Translations under genes and position numbers: made by a program
The notes under the pieces: generated by a model
The model's database searches: none
What the model saw: the letters and a program-made list of their open reading frames with translations, nothing else
Told to the model about the DNA's origin: nothing
From: an uncultured Pseudohongiella sp.
Lineage (GTDB): Bacteria; Pseudomonadota; Gammaproteobacteria; Pseudomonadales; Pseudohongiellaceae
Direction: 5' to 3'
DNA length: 64,000 nucleotides
NCBI GenBank assembly: GCA_964616225.1
Contig: CAZTTE010000011.1
Location: forward strand, 66,164 to 130,163
Part shown: positions 1 to 9,337 of the stretch, one piece after another
Position numbering within the stretch: the first letter of the stretch is position 1
Layout of the letters: every line of letters begins with the position of its first letter

Positions 1-119
1 TCCAGGTTCAACAAATCTTCATCGCTAAAACTACTTTGGGCATGCAGGGTTTGGCTTCCCAAGAGTAAACTTAACAGGGCCAGGTTGATTCGGAAAAATC
101 CCGGGATACTGAGTTTCAA
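1..119 (-). CDS. 5' end of a secreted-protein gene running off the left edge (partial)
   Basis: The reverse strand reads (TTG)KLSIPGFFRINLALLSLLLGSQTLHAQSSFSDEDLLNL, a typical signal peptide. Only about 39 codons are visible. Confidence 0.3.
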   Translation of the reverse strand, partial: MKLSIPGFFRINLALLSLLLGSQTLHAQSSFSDEDLLNL

Positions 120-388
120 TATTGGGTCCTCACTGATTGCGTCGACGGAAGATGCTACCTTAATTAGGCGCTAATCCTAAGCTGATAAGCATGGAAATCC
201 TTAAAAATCGTCATATTCGGCTAAAGTTAGCAAATAAATGGTTTAGCGGTGACGTTGACAGTACTATTTCGATGTCGCCTGAGCTAGGATTAGGCCGCCG
301 CGGTAACAACAGACATCAGTATTAGTGCACGCACTCAATTCAGACCTTCGTTTTGACTACTCGAACTTTATCTATCTGAGCATTTAAC

Positions 389-1672
389 TTGTCTATTTCC
401 TTGCGCCAATTCCTGCTTTTGGTCGCAGTGCTTCTCGTGCTGCTGGCAGGGTTTATTTTGTTATCCAGCAATAGCGAGAGTGGTGATGGACCTATTGCTA
501 TCACCGAACTCAGTGAGGCGGAGTTAATTGCTCGGGGAGAATACCTGGCGGTTGCGGGTAATTGTGCAAGTTGCCATACCACCGCTAGTGGAGAGTACAT
601 GGCGGGCGGGCTGGCCTTCGAAACCCCCTTTGGCACTATCTATTCCACCAATATTACACCTGACGTAGTTAATGGCATCGGCAGTTGGTCAGACTGGGAC
701 TTTCTTAATTCCATGCGCCACGGCTTACGCCCGAATGGAGAGCATCTCTATCCAGCGTTTCCCTATCCGTCTTTTACCCGGATATCGAATGCCGATCTGG
801 CCGCCATATTTGCCTACCTAAACAGTATTCCCGGCAGCAATTATTCGCCGCCAGAAAACCAGCTGGCATTTCCTTATAGCCAGCGTTACCTGATGGCATT
901 CTGGAAGTTTCTCTTTTTCGATTCCGGTGTTTACGAGAATGATGCAGATGAATCAGGGCAATGGAACAGGGGAGCGTATTTAGTTGAAGCCCTCGCCCAT
1001 TGCAGTGCCTGCCATACTCCCCGTAATTTTTTGGGGGGGGAACAGGAGCATTTGTTCATGGCCGGTGGTGAATATCTCGATCGGGTTAGAAGCGGTGAAT
1101 ATAAAACCTGGGTAGCACCTAACCTGACTTCAAGCTCTCGCGGGCTTGGTCTCTGGTCCCGACAACACATTGCAGATTATCTGAAGACTGCCCGTAACGA
1201 ATTCATAGAATCCTTTGGGCCAATGAATGAGGTAATCATGAATAGCACACGATTTCTCACTCAATCCGATATTGATTCAATTTCTGTTTATTTGAAGGAT
1301 CTGCCGGAAATCGCGGAAGCAGATGGCATTGCTCCCGATTCGCAATTAATGGGGAACGGTCGCACAATTTATAATCTCCACTGTGGCACCTGTCATCTGC
1401 CTACAGGAGAGGGTGATCCTGAAATGGCACCAAAACTCAATAGAGGTAGCCTGGTGGTGCAGGCAGACAATCCGGCGTCGATGATAAATGCGATCTTGCA
1501 CGGTCCGGAGTTACCGGGCCTACCCCTGGCGCCGCGATGGTTGGATCCCATGGAAGAATTTCAATACATCCTCAGTAATGAGGAAATTGCTGCAGTTGCC
1601 AGTTTTATAAGAAATTCCTGGGATAATGCGGCCGGCATGGTCACTCCCGAGCAGGTGGCAGCTCAGCGCTAG
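389..1672 (+). CDS. membrane-anchored trihaem cytochrome c (dehydrogenase cytochrome c subunit-like)
   Basis: N-terminal hydrophobic anchor LLLVAVLLVLLAGFILL. Three CxxCH motifs (CASCH, CSACH, CGTCH), spaced as in the cytochrome c subunits of membrane-bound alcohol/gluconate/aldehyde dehydrogenases. TTG start. Confidence 0.8.
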   Translation: MSISLRQFLLLVAVLLVLLAGFILLSSNSESGDGPIAITELSEAELIARGEYLAVAGNCASCHTTASGEYMAGGLAFETPFGTIYSTNITPDVVNGIGSWSDWDFLNSMRHGLRPNGEHLYPAFPYPSFTRISNADLAAIFAYLNSIPGSNYSPPENQLAFPYSQRYLMAFWKFLFFDSGVYENDADESGQWNRGAYLVEALAHCSACHTPRNFLGGEQEHLFMAGGEYLDRVRSGEYKTWVAPNLTSSSRGLGLWSRQHIADYLKTARNEFIESFGPMNEVIMNSTRFLTQSDIDSISVYLKDLPEIAEADGIAPDSQLMGNGRTIYNLHCGTCHLPTGEGDPEMAPKLNRGSLVVQADNPASMINAILHGPELPGLPLAPRWLDPMEEFQYILSNEEIAAVASFIRNSWDNAAGMVTPEQVAAQR

Positions 1673-1810
1673 GTACGGTCAATTGAGCGCGAATACTTGG
1701 TGCCGGCTGGTTATAATTGGAAAGAGATCTTTAAATTGTCACTTTAAGTCCGATGTATAAAGTGAATTACACTATATAAATAAGAAAGAGCAGTATCGAG
1801 AGTAAGAAGA

Positions 1811-3535
1811 TTGATTCAAATTCAATCCAAACAAGCAAGAACTAAAACTGTTATTTGCACTCTGGGATTTGCAATGCTGGTGAGCGCCTGTGCGCCTGAA
1901 GCAACTGATCCAGGAGAGCCGGAAGAGAGTGCTTCCGCAACTCGTACTCGATTGCTCACCGGCGAACAATACACAAACACAATCGCGGCAGTGTTTGGAG
2001 AAGACATTGCCAATAGCGTCTTACCACCAATCCCGCCCATGACTCGCACCGATGGATTGCTTTCCTCGGGTGCGGCCTATGTCGGTGTCACCTCGGACCA
2101 GATTTCACAAATACAACAAACTGCCACTTCCATTGCAGCAAGAGTTGTTGATGAAGATCACCGGGATTTTCTGATTCCCTGTAGACCGGAAGCCGAAGAC
2201 GGACCAGACGGAACTTGCGCTGGCCTTTTTCTGCAGGCCAGCGGCCAACTACTGAATCGTCAGCCCCTTAGTGATTCACGGCTGTCAGAGCTGGTGGATA
2301 TAGCCAATTATGCTGCCGAACAAACCGAAGATTTTTATATCGGATTAGCCCTGGCACTGGAATCGATACTTATAAGCCCTGAATTTGTTTTTATCGTCGA
2401 TGAACAGGAAGCAGATCCGGACAGGCCTGGTTATGAAAGACTAACGGCATACTCCCTTGCTTCACGCTTGAGTTTCTTTCTCTGGAATGGACCGCCGGAT
2501 GCAGCTTTATTAGCCGCTGCAGATTCGGGAGAACTTTTTTCAGAAGCAGGATTGGTCGCACAGGTCGATCGAATGATTGCCAGTAACAGGCTGGTCAATG
2601 GTATGCGGGCTTTCTTTGATGACATGTTGGGCTTTGATGAATTCAACAGTCTCGCAAAGGATCCAAATGTTTATCCCATGGTGACTGGCTCCACCCTGAG
2701 AGAAGCCCGGGAACAAACTTTGCGCACAATCATTGATCATGTGATTACCCAGGATGCTGATTACCGCGATCTGTTTGTTACCCGCAAGACGTTCATGTCT
2801 CCAGCCCTGGGTGTGGTTTATGGTATTCCCACCGGCAATGGCTGGACCGATTACGAGTTTCCGGAAACCAGTCCTCGGGTTGGATTACTCACCCACATTA
2901 GTTTTTTAGCAGCTAATTCCCACGCAGTTCGAAGTTCGCCTACCCTGAGGGGTCAGGCTCTGCGGGAACGTTTCCTCTGTCAATTAGTACCGGATCCGCC
3001 ACCCAATGTGGATTTCTCCTTGTTGGAAGAGGCTGAAGATGCGGTCACGGCTCGAGACAGACTGGAAGTACACAACACCAATCCTTCCTGTGCCGGCTGC
3101 CATTTAATTACCGATCCTATGGGCTTATCCCTGGAGAATTTCGACGGTGCCGGGCGCTTTCGGGAAACTGAAAATGGGGCTGAGCTCGATATTAGTGGAG
3201 AGCTGGATGGGGTATTTTATACTGATATTAGTGGTCTCGCAGCTGCGGTCCGGGATCACCCGAAATTGCACAGTTGCCTGGTAAACAGGCTATTTGCCTA
3301 TGGAACTGGTGGTCCAGTCTCGCCTCGATACGACCTGGCCACGGTGCGCTGGCTGGAGGATCGCTTCGTAGCCAGCAATTACAGATTAAGCGCGTTATTG
3401 CGTGATTTGGCCCTGAGCCAGGCCTTTTCCGCTGTGAGAATCGAGGATTCTCAGGGTAAAATAGGCCCAGATGGCTCAGATTCACAGCCTTTCAGGTTGG
3501 TGGATCCAGTCTTCAGTTCACAGTCCCAGAGATAG
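1811..3535 (+). CDS. DUF1592/DUF1588/DUF1585-type haem-motif lipoprotein
   Basis: Lipoprotein signal with lipobox (GFAMLVSAC). Single CxxCH in the context NPSCAGCHLITDPMGLSLENFDGAGRFR, characteristic of the DUF1585/1588/1592 family that pairs with DUF1552. TTG start. Confidence 0.75.
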   Translation: MIQIQSKQARTKTVICTLGFAMLVSACAPEATDPGEPEESASATRTRLLTGEQYTNTIAAVFGEDIANSVLPPIPPMTRTDGLLSSGAAYVGVTSDQISQIQQTATSIAARVVDEDHRDFLIPCRPEAEDGPDGTCAGLFLQASGQLLNRQPLSDSRLSELVDIANYAAEQTEDFYIGLALALESILISPEFVFIVDEQEADPDRPGYERLTAYSLASRLSFFLWNGPPDAALLAAADSGELFSEAGLVAQVDRMIASNRLVNGMRAFFDDMLGFDEFNSLAKDPNVYPMVTGSTLREAREQTLRTIIDHVITQDADYRDLFVTRKTFMSPALGVVYGIPTGNGWTDYEFPETSPRVGLLTHISFLAANSHAVRSSPTLRGQALRERFLCQLVPDPPPNVDFSLLEEAEDAVTARDRLEVHNTNPSCAGCHLITDPMGLSLENFDGAGRFRETENGAELDISGELDGVFYTDISGLAAAVRDHPKLHSCLVNRLFAYGTGGPVSPRYDLATVRWLEDRFVASNYRLSALLRDLALSQAFSAVRIEDSQGKIGPDGSDSQPFRLVDPVFSSQSQR

Positions 3536-3539
3536 CAAG

Positions 3540-4874
3540 ATGACCAAGATCAATCGACGCAAATTTCTGAAAGGTGCCCTTAATGGTGGCGTAATAACCG
3601 TGGGCCTGCCTCTGCTTGACGTTTTCCTGAACGACAATGGGACTGCTTATGCCGATGGCACGCCAATACCGCAGCGTTTCGGCACCTGGTCCTGGGGGCT
3701 GGGCATGTCGGAATCGATCTTTGTGCCAAAGAAAACCGGTCCAAACTTCGATTTACCGGAAGAGATTGCGGCTTTAGCCCCGGTGCAGGAGCACATTAAT
3801 CTCTATACCAATTTTCATGTTTTTAAAGACGATGCACCAAACCTCTGCCATCACTCAGGCTGGGTAGTTTTACGTTCCGGTATCGCCCCCATGACTTCGG
3901 AGAATCGGCCGGGGGAGACTATCGATGTTTCCGTTGCGCGTCAGATTGGAAACGCGACGCGTTTTCGCAGTTTAAGTGCAACGGCAACCGGCGATGTACG
4001 TAACAGTTTTAGTTACGAAGGTGGTAACTCTGTTAATGCCCCGGAATGGTCACCATTGAGATTCTATCAGCGCTTGTTTGGTGCAGGCTTCCAGGATCCA
4101 AACGCCGAAACCTTCACTCCCGATCCAAAAGTAATGGTGCGCAAGAGTGCTCTTACCGCTGTCCAGGAAGACGCTAAAAAATTAGAGCAATCCGTAGGTG
4201 CCGATGATCGTGCGCGCCTGGATCAGTACTTTACCGGCTTACGGGATCTCGAACGTCGATTCGATCTGCAACTTAGTAAACCGGATCCTCGAGAAGCCTG
4301 CGTCGTGCTGCAAGAACCTGAAAATTTACCAACCGGTCTGGATGCAGATCTCGTGGCCAAGCGCCATCGCATGATGACTGATTTAATGTTGATGGCAGTA
4401 GCCTGTGACCAGACTCGTGTGTTCAACATGTTTTATGCGTCGGCTTTCTCGGCAACCATCAAACCAGGCTATGACAAGCCTCATCACACCGCTACCCATG
4501 AAGAAGCAGTTGATTTAGAACTTGGCTATCAGCCAAATGTTTCCTGGTTTACCCGTCGTGCCATGGACGAGTGGGCATACTATGTAAATGCGCTGGCCAA
4601 TTTTAAAGAAGGCGATGGCTCTCTACTAGACAATAGTTTTATCTACGCAACAACCGATCAATCATTTGCCAAGCTCCATGCTATCGATGGCATTCCGATG
4701 TTTAGCGCCGGAACAGCAGGGGGCAGAGTCAAAACTGGATTGCATATTGATGGCGGTGGTTCACCAGGTTGCCGACTTGGTTACACTGCCCAGCGCCTAA
4801 TGGGACTCGATATAGAATCCTGGGGCGACAAGAGCAATACCACCTCGAGTGAGATCGGTGAAATCCTGGTTTAA
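3540..4874 (+). CDS. Tat-exported DUF1552 family protein
   Basis: Consensus twin-arginine signal MTKINRRKFLKGAL. ATG 3540 lies 4 nt after the upstream TAG. The track start at 3471 is rejected because it would sit ahead of the Tat signal. DUF1552 is the usual partner of DUF1592. Confidence 0.8.
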   Translation: MTKINRRKFLKGALNGGVITVGLPLLDVFLNDNGTAYADGTPIPQRFGTWSWGLGMSESIFVPKKTGPNFDLPEEIAALAPVQEHINLYTNFHVFKDDAPNLCHHSGWVVLRSGIAPMTSENRPGETIDVSVARQIGNATRFRSLSATATGDVRNSFSYEGGNSVNAPEWSPLRFYQRLFGAGFQDPNAETFTPDPKVMVRKSALTAVQEDAKKLEQSVGADDRARLDQYFTGLRDLERRFDLQLSKPDPREACVVLQEPENLPTGLDADLVAKRHRMMTDLMLMAVACDQTRVFNMFYASAFSATIKPGYDKPHHTATHEEAVDLELGYQPNVSWFTRRAMDEWAYYVNALANFKEGDGSLLDNSFIYATTDQSFAKLHAIDGIPMFSAGTAGGRVKTGLHIDGGGSPGCRLGYTAQRLMGLDIESWGDKSNTTSSEIGEILV

Positions 4875-6216
4875 ATCTGGAACAACTCTTCATTACTGCC
4901 TGCTTTCACTAACAGGCATTCTCTGGTCCTGTTCAATATTGGCAGCGGACACTGAAATCTACCGGGAAGTGCCAATGCCTACTGGTTTTCAAGTTATTGT
5001 CTCTGAGTTAGAAGGGCCGGTATTTGCAGATGCAAATGGTATGACCTTATATAAGTGGCCATTAAGAATATTAAGAAATGGTTACAGTGGTGAAACTCCG
5101 GGTATCCCCGGATGTTACGACGAAGTATTAGAGGTAACAGCCGGTTTAATGAGCCCTTATCCGGCTGGCATCAAGTTGCCCGAACTGGATGAACGACCAA
5201 GCTGTGTAGATCTTTGGCCACCGGTTTATGCCGACGCTGCAGATGAAGCAATTGGGAAATGGACAATCCTTGAGCGCAGGGATGGCAGCTTACAATGGGC
5301 ATATGATGAACAACCTTTATACACCTCGGTACGAGATTCTCAGCAAGGCGATGTTCTGGGAGGCACGACGCGCAATTCCAGGGGCGACTCACCAGCTTAC
5401 CGGATTCCTCTAGTTCCGCCTTCCATGTTGCCGCCAGGATTTGCCATTAAATCAACTTCGATTGGGCGGATATTAACCACCAATACCAATGAGTCCGTCT
5501 ACAGCTATGAAGGGGATAGTGCGACTACAGTTGCCTGCGCAGGAGACTGCCTGACAAATTGGAATCCGGTACTGGCGCCAGCTCTGGCCAGCGAACAGGG
5601 GGAGTGGTCCTTGCTGGAAAGATCTCCTGGTGAAAGACAATGGGTATTTCGTGGCAAACCACTTTACACCCATGAGCTGGATACAGGTTCCTGGAGCCTG
5701 GAAGGCAGTGATGAGCCTGGCTGGCATAATGTATTCACTCAAAAGGCGCCGGCAATACCTGCCAGTTTTACAGTGCAACAATCCATTGCAGGAAATGTAT
5801 TAGCCGATGCTAACGGAAGAACAATTTATCGTTATTTCTGTGGCGATGATTCTCAGGATCAGCTGAGCTGTGATCATCCAGCGGACACCCAGGTCTATCG
5901 ATTAGCCATGTGTGGTGCAGGTAAGCCGGAAAAATGCTTGGAACACTGGCCCTATGTTATTGCTGGTGAAAACGAAGAGAGTCCCAATCGAACCTGGCGA
6001 ATCAGGACTATCGATCCAATCACTGGACGCTATGTGAACGCGGAGCATGAAGGTGTCCTGCGTGTCTGGACTTACCGGGATCGACCGATTTATGGTTATG
6101 GATTGGATAAAGCCCCCGGGGATGTTCACGGTGGCGGCATCGGAGAATGGCGAGGAAAACGTAATGGGTTACGCGCCTTCTGGTTAAGGGATGATTTTAT
6201 GGGAGGGATATTATGA
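4849..6216 (+). CDS. secreted repeat protein, COG4315 / Yx(FWY)xxD-motif lipoprotein-like
   Basis: Signal peptide LLSLTGILWSCSILAAD. Repeated units GMTLYKWPL, QPLYTSVRD, ESVYSYEGD..CAGDCLTNWNP, GKPLYTHELD, GRTIYRYFCGDD, DRPIYGYGLD. The GTG start overlaps the upstream gene by 26 nt. Confidence 0.6.
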   Translation: MRSVKSWFKSGTTLHYCLLSLTGILWSCSILAADTEIYREVPMPTGFQVIVSELEGPVFADANGMTLYKWPLRILRNGYSGETPGIPGCYDEVLEVTAGLMSPYPAGIKLPELDERPSCVDLWPPVYADAADEAIGKWTILERRDGSLQWAYDEQPLYTSVRDSQQGDVLGGTTRNSRGDSPAYRIPLVPPSMLPPGFAIKSTSIGRILTTNTNESVYSYEGDSATTVACAGDCLTNWNPVLAPALASEQGEWSLLERSPGERQWVFRGKPLYTHELDTGSWSLEGSDEPGWHNVFTQKAPAIPASFTVQQSIAGNVLADANGRTIYRYFCGDDSQDQLSCDHPADTQVYRLAMCGAGKPEKCLEHWPYVIAGENEESPNRTWRIRTIDPITGRYVNAEHEGVLRVWTYRDRPIYGYGLDKAPGDVHGGGIGEWRGKRNGLRAFWLRDDFMGGIL

Positions 6217-7262
6217 TGGTTCGTATTATTCGTCGTATGCCGCTTTCTATTTTTGTCCTCGGAGCTTTCGTTTTTGGTAGCACGAATAGCTTCGCCCAAA
6301 ACAGCGTGCTCAAAGACGGCCGAATCGGCTATGTCATGACCGATTTATTCTGGTCGGTTTATCAGACAGAGACTGTCGAAGAATGTCCTCGTGGATTTAA
6401 TGACGGCCCCAGGGAGCAGTTCGAACAATTATTCCCGGCTCATGAATTTCTTTCCATTGAAGAGACGCAATTAAAACAGGAAATCGAAACCTGGCATCCA
6501 AACACAGAGCCCGATGGTTTCGAATTCCTGGAAGTGGAAGGGGGATTATCCTGGGGGCTAAATCTCGATGGCAAAGTTGGTCCAAATGACTTTGTCCATC
6601 CAGATGGTACTCCAGGTATTGACAATGAAGTTTACCGTGCGATTGGTTGTATTATTGGTTTTCGCGGTCCGGACGGCGTTGAGTATATTTTTCAGAACAA
6701 AGCGATTCTCGATCGCCGCTATAACCGTATGATGATTGAGTTAAGCGGTGTTGACGATCTGGAAAATGATGAAGAGCTAACCGTTACCTGGTACCGCGGT
6801 ATGGACCGACTACTTACCGACGCAACCGGTCAGAAAGTTATGGCAGGTGGTACTCAGCGTATTGATCATCGATGGGGATCGAGCCTTGTTAGAGAAACTT
6901 CAGGTAGAATTGAAAACGGAGTTCTAACTACAGATCCAATCGGCGACCTGGTGGTTCCGTGGATGAATCTCAGCGTACCTTCTATTCATCAATTTAAAGA
7001 TGCTCGTCTGCAACTGAATTTAACCGAGCAGAATGCCACCGGATTGCTGGCGGGCTATGCCGATGTAGATACCTGGTATTACCAGTTGATTCGTAACGAT
7101 TCCACGCACCACCTGAGCAACGGGCAAATCTCCGGTATATCGCTGTACAAGGCTCTGCGCCGACTTGCCGATGCTCACCCCGATCCTGAAACTGGGGAAA
7201 ATACTGCCATCTCCACCGCGTTAGATATCAAAATGACGCAGGTGTTTGCTAATCACAAATAG
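6213..7262 (+). CDS. secreted protein of unknown function
   Basis: Signal peptide MPLSIFVLGAFVFGSTNSFAQ. ATGA start/stop overlap with the upstream gene. GGGAGGG Shine-Dalgarno at 6201-6207. No family recognised. Confidence 0.65.
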   Translation: MMVRIIRRMPLSIFVLGAFVFGSTNSFAQNSVLKDGRIGYVMTDLFWSVYQTETVEECPRGFNDGPREQFEQLFPAHEFLSIEETQLKQEIETWHPNTEPDGFEFLEVEGGLSWGLNLDGKVGPNDFVHPDGTPGIDNEVYRAIGCIIGFRGPDGVEYIFQNKAILDRRYNRMMIELSGVDDLENDEELTVTWYRGMDRLLTDATGQKVMAGGTQRIDHRWGSSLVRETSGRIENGVLTTDPIGDLVVPWMNLSVPSIHQFKDARLQLNLTEQNATGLLAGYADVDTWYYQLIRNDSTHHLSNGQISGISLYKALRRLADAHPDPETGENTAISTALDIKMTQVFANHK

Positions 7263-7263
7263 T

Positions 7264-8094
7264 TTAGCTGTATTTCTTTTGTAATTTTTTGTACCTGCCG
7301 ATTAGTTCCTGGTTCTTTCGTTTCTTCGCGCCATTCATCAGGATATTGGTTTTGGTGAAAAGCATTGCTCTGGTTGCCTCCCACTTTGTTTCGTTCAATG
7401 ATCCTGAATCCAGTATTTTTTCTAATGCGTAGACTCTGAACCTGTCCATGCCCCAGTACTTCCTGGATAGCTGGTCATCATGACCGCCATATTTTGTAAG
7501 CAGAGCTTTTTCAAGAAACAATACTTCATGCTTCGCACAAATCCGTAGCCATAAATCGTAGTCTTCACAGGCAGGAAGCGATTCATCGAATCCTCCCATC
7601 TTCTCGAATAGATCCCTGGACATTAAAACGGAAGAAGGAGAAATCACGCAGAGTTTCAGGCAATCGAGATAAATGTCGCCGCCACACTTCTGGTGTTTGT
7701 TCATCGCATTAACGCGCACTCCATTTCTAATCCAGATTTCTTCAGTGTGACAGAGTTGATAGCTAGGATTTTCACGCAGTGCTGCCACCTGCATTGCAAG
7801 CTTTTTCGGGAGCCAACTATCGTCATTATCAAGAAAGGCGATCCAGTTACTTTTACAGGTCTTTACGCCTTGATTGCGCGAATAACTCACTCCGCGATTG
7901 TCGTGATAGGTGTAGTTTACTTCCGGATAGTTATTTTGAATGTGTGAATTGGTTCCGTCACTAGAGCCATCATCAACAACAATAATCTCCTGTGCCCGGT
8001 AAGTTTGCGCAAGCACAGAGTCTATGGCTCTGCATAAAAGCTCTTTTCGGTTATAAGTTGGAATTATTACCGCTATTGAAAAGTCGTCGCTCAA
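7264..8094 (-). CDS. family 2 glycosyltransferase
   Basis: N-terminal IAVIIPTYNRKELLCRAIDSVLAQTY...IIVVDDGSSDGT and a DxD-type FLDNDD motif. Confidence 0.85.
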   Translation of the reverse strand: MSDDFSIAVIIPTYNRKELLCRAIDSVLAQTYRAQEIIVVDDGSSDGTNSHIQNNYPEVNYTYHDNRGVSYSRNQGVKTCKSNWIAFLDNDDSWLPKKLAMQVAALRENPSYQLCHTEEIWIRNGVRVNAMNKHQKCGGDIYLDCLKLCVISPSSVLMSRDLFEKMGGFDESLPACEDYDLWLRICAKHEVLFLEKALLTKYGGHDDQLSRKYWGMDRFRVYALEKILDSGSLNETKWEATRAMLFTKTNILMNGAKKRKNQELIGRYKKLQKKYS

Positions 8095-8183
8095 GTTCAG
8101 TTCAGCCTGAATCGCAGAAATTATGAGTAGCCGCTATTGCAGCGAAAACAAGCCTATCAGCTACCCTGATGGTTTCAAAATTC

Positions 8184-8212
8184 TTGGGTAAGTAGGCGAT
8201 AAGCTATAGAAT
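8184..8212 (+). promoter_or_regulatory. candidate sigma70 promoter for 8280..9299
   Basis: TTGGGT (8184-8189), 17-nt spacer, TAGAAT (8207-8212), about 70 nt upstream of the ATG. Confidence 0.35.
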
Positions 8213-8279
8213 GGAATCAAGACTACAAAAGTAGCTAGAAAATACTTGGATTAGCAACATCCTTCAGCAGGAGGGAACA

Positions 8280-9299
8280 ATGAAAAAAATTGCAGTTGCA
8301 GTCAGCTTGTCTATACCACTTATTATGCCTTTATTCGCACATGGTCAGCAGGATTATCCCCGGACCCCTTCGGGAAAGCCTGACTTTAGCGGCCATTACG
8401 ATATTTCAACCCTGACGCCATTCGAAAGGCCGAGCTCTTATGGGAATCGTCAGTTTTTGAATGAAGAAGAAGTTCAGGCATTGCGTGATCGCGAGATGGG
8501 AATCCGGGAACGGGATGCCGTTGCCAGTGATCCAGATCGTGAGGCACCAGAAACAGGGGGTAATATCGGCTCCTATAATGATTTCTGGTTCGATCGTGGA
8601 AACGATGGTTTTGTTATAGATGGCGAGTACCGCACCTCTATCCTGACTTATCCTGAAAACGGCCGTATGCCAGCCAGAACACCTGCAGGGCAGGCGAAAG
8701 CGGATGCAGCACCAAAGTTTGCCTGGCCGGAAAGAGACGGCGCCTGGTGGCTGGAAACAGGAGATCAGCCCTATGACGGTCCGGAAAATCAAACCCTTGC
8801 AGTTCGCTGTATCTACCATCAGCCAGCGACGATTCCTATAACGCCGCGGGTTTACAATAACCTGAAAACGATTGTGCAAACCGATGACTATTTAATGCTG
8901 TATATCGAATGGATGCACTGGGCTCGAATCATTCGCATTGGTGACGAACATAACTCTGAAGTTCTGGCCACCTTCGACGGTGACTCCATCGGGCGGTGGG
9001 AAGGAGACACTCTGGTAGTCGAGACTACCAATTTCATGGATCAGCCTTATCAGCCCTCAGAAGGGAAAACTGTTATCGAAAGATTCACCCCTGAGCCGGG
9101 TGGTGGATTGATTTATGGTTTTGATGTTGAGGATGTCGATTACACCGACAGATATGCCGGAGAAATGGTGTGGCCAAGATCGGACCAGGTGCCTTATGAA
9201 TACGCCTGCCACGAAGGCAATTACGCCATGTCTGCGACTCTAATGGGGGCTCGTGTCAGGGAAAGAGAGCATAGGGAACAAAACGGATCCGACGAGTAA
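8280..9299 (+). CDS. secreted protein, unassigned YEYACHEGNY family, subfamily A copy 1
   Basis: GGAGGG SD upstream and a signal peptide. Motifs PDFSGHYD, TPFERP, GGNIGSYNDFWFDRG, VRCIY, IVQTDD, HWARIIRI, GDSIGRWEGDTLVVETTNF, PYEYACHEGNYAM. Close paralogue of 19206..20231. Confidence 0.85.
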   Translation: MKKIAVAVSLSIPLIMPLFAHGQQDYPRTPSGKPDFSGHYDISTLTPFERPSSYGNRQFLNEEEVQALRDREMGIRERDAVASDPDREAPETGGNIGSYNDFWFDRGNDGFVIDGEYRTSILTYPENGRMPARTPAGQAKADAAPKFAWPERDGAWWLETGDQPYDGPENQTLAVRCIYHQPATIPITPRVYNNLKTIVQTDDYLMLYIEWMHWARIIRIGDEHNSEVLATFDGDSIGRWEGDTLVVETTNFMDQPYQPSEGKTVIERFTPEPGGGLIYGFDVEDVDYTDRYAGEMVWPRSDQVPYEYACHEGNYAMSATLMGARVREREHREQNGSDE

Positions 9300-9337
9300 G
9301 ACAAAAAGAAATACCTGGCGAGTAAATTTCTTGCCTG

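Noticed and set aside
7262-7264. Very tight or overlapping convergent gene ends, at 7262/7264, 26570-26573, 55697-55702 and 58505-58525.
   Set aside because: This is consistent with general genome compaction. There is no evidence of a functional antisense interaction, so it is noted only as context.
8406-8879. A 157-aa antisense ORF inside 8280..9299. Similar long antisense ORFs occur at 19566..19988, 33537..33902, 34878..35240, 40325..40717, 53508..54080, 57974..58450, 60779..61282 and 63151..63663.
   Set aside because: Each lies entirely within, and opposite to, a gene with clear family motifs. Their translations are low-complexity or Arg/Ser/Pro-rich, with no recognisable motifs. These are typical shadow ORFs.
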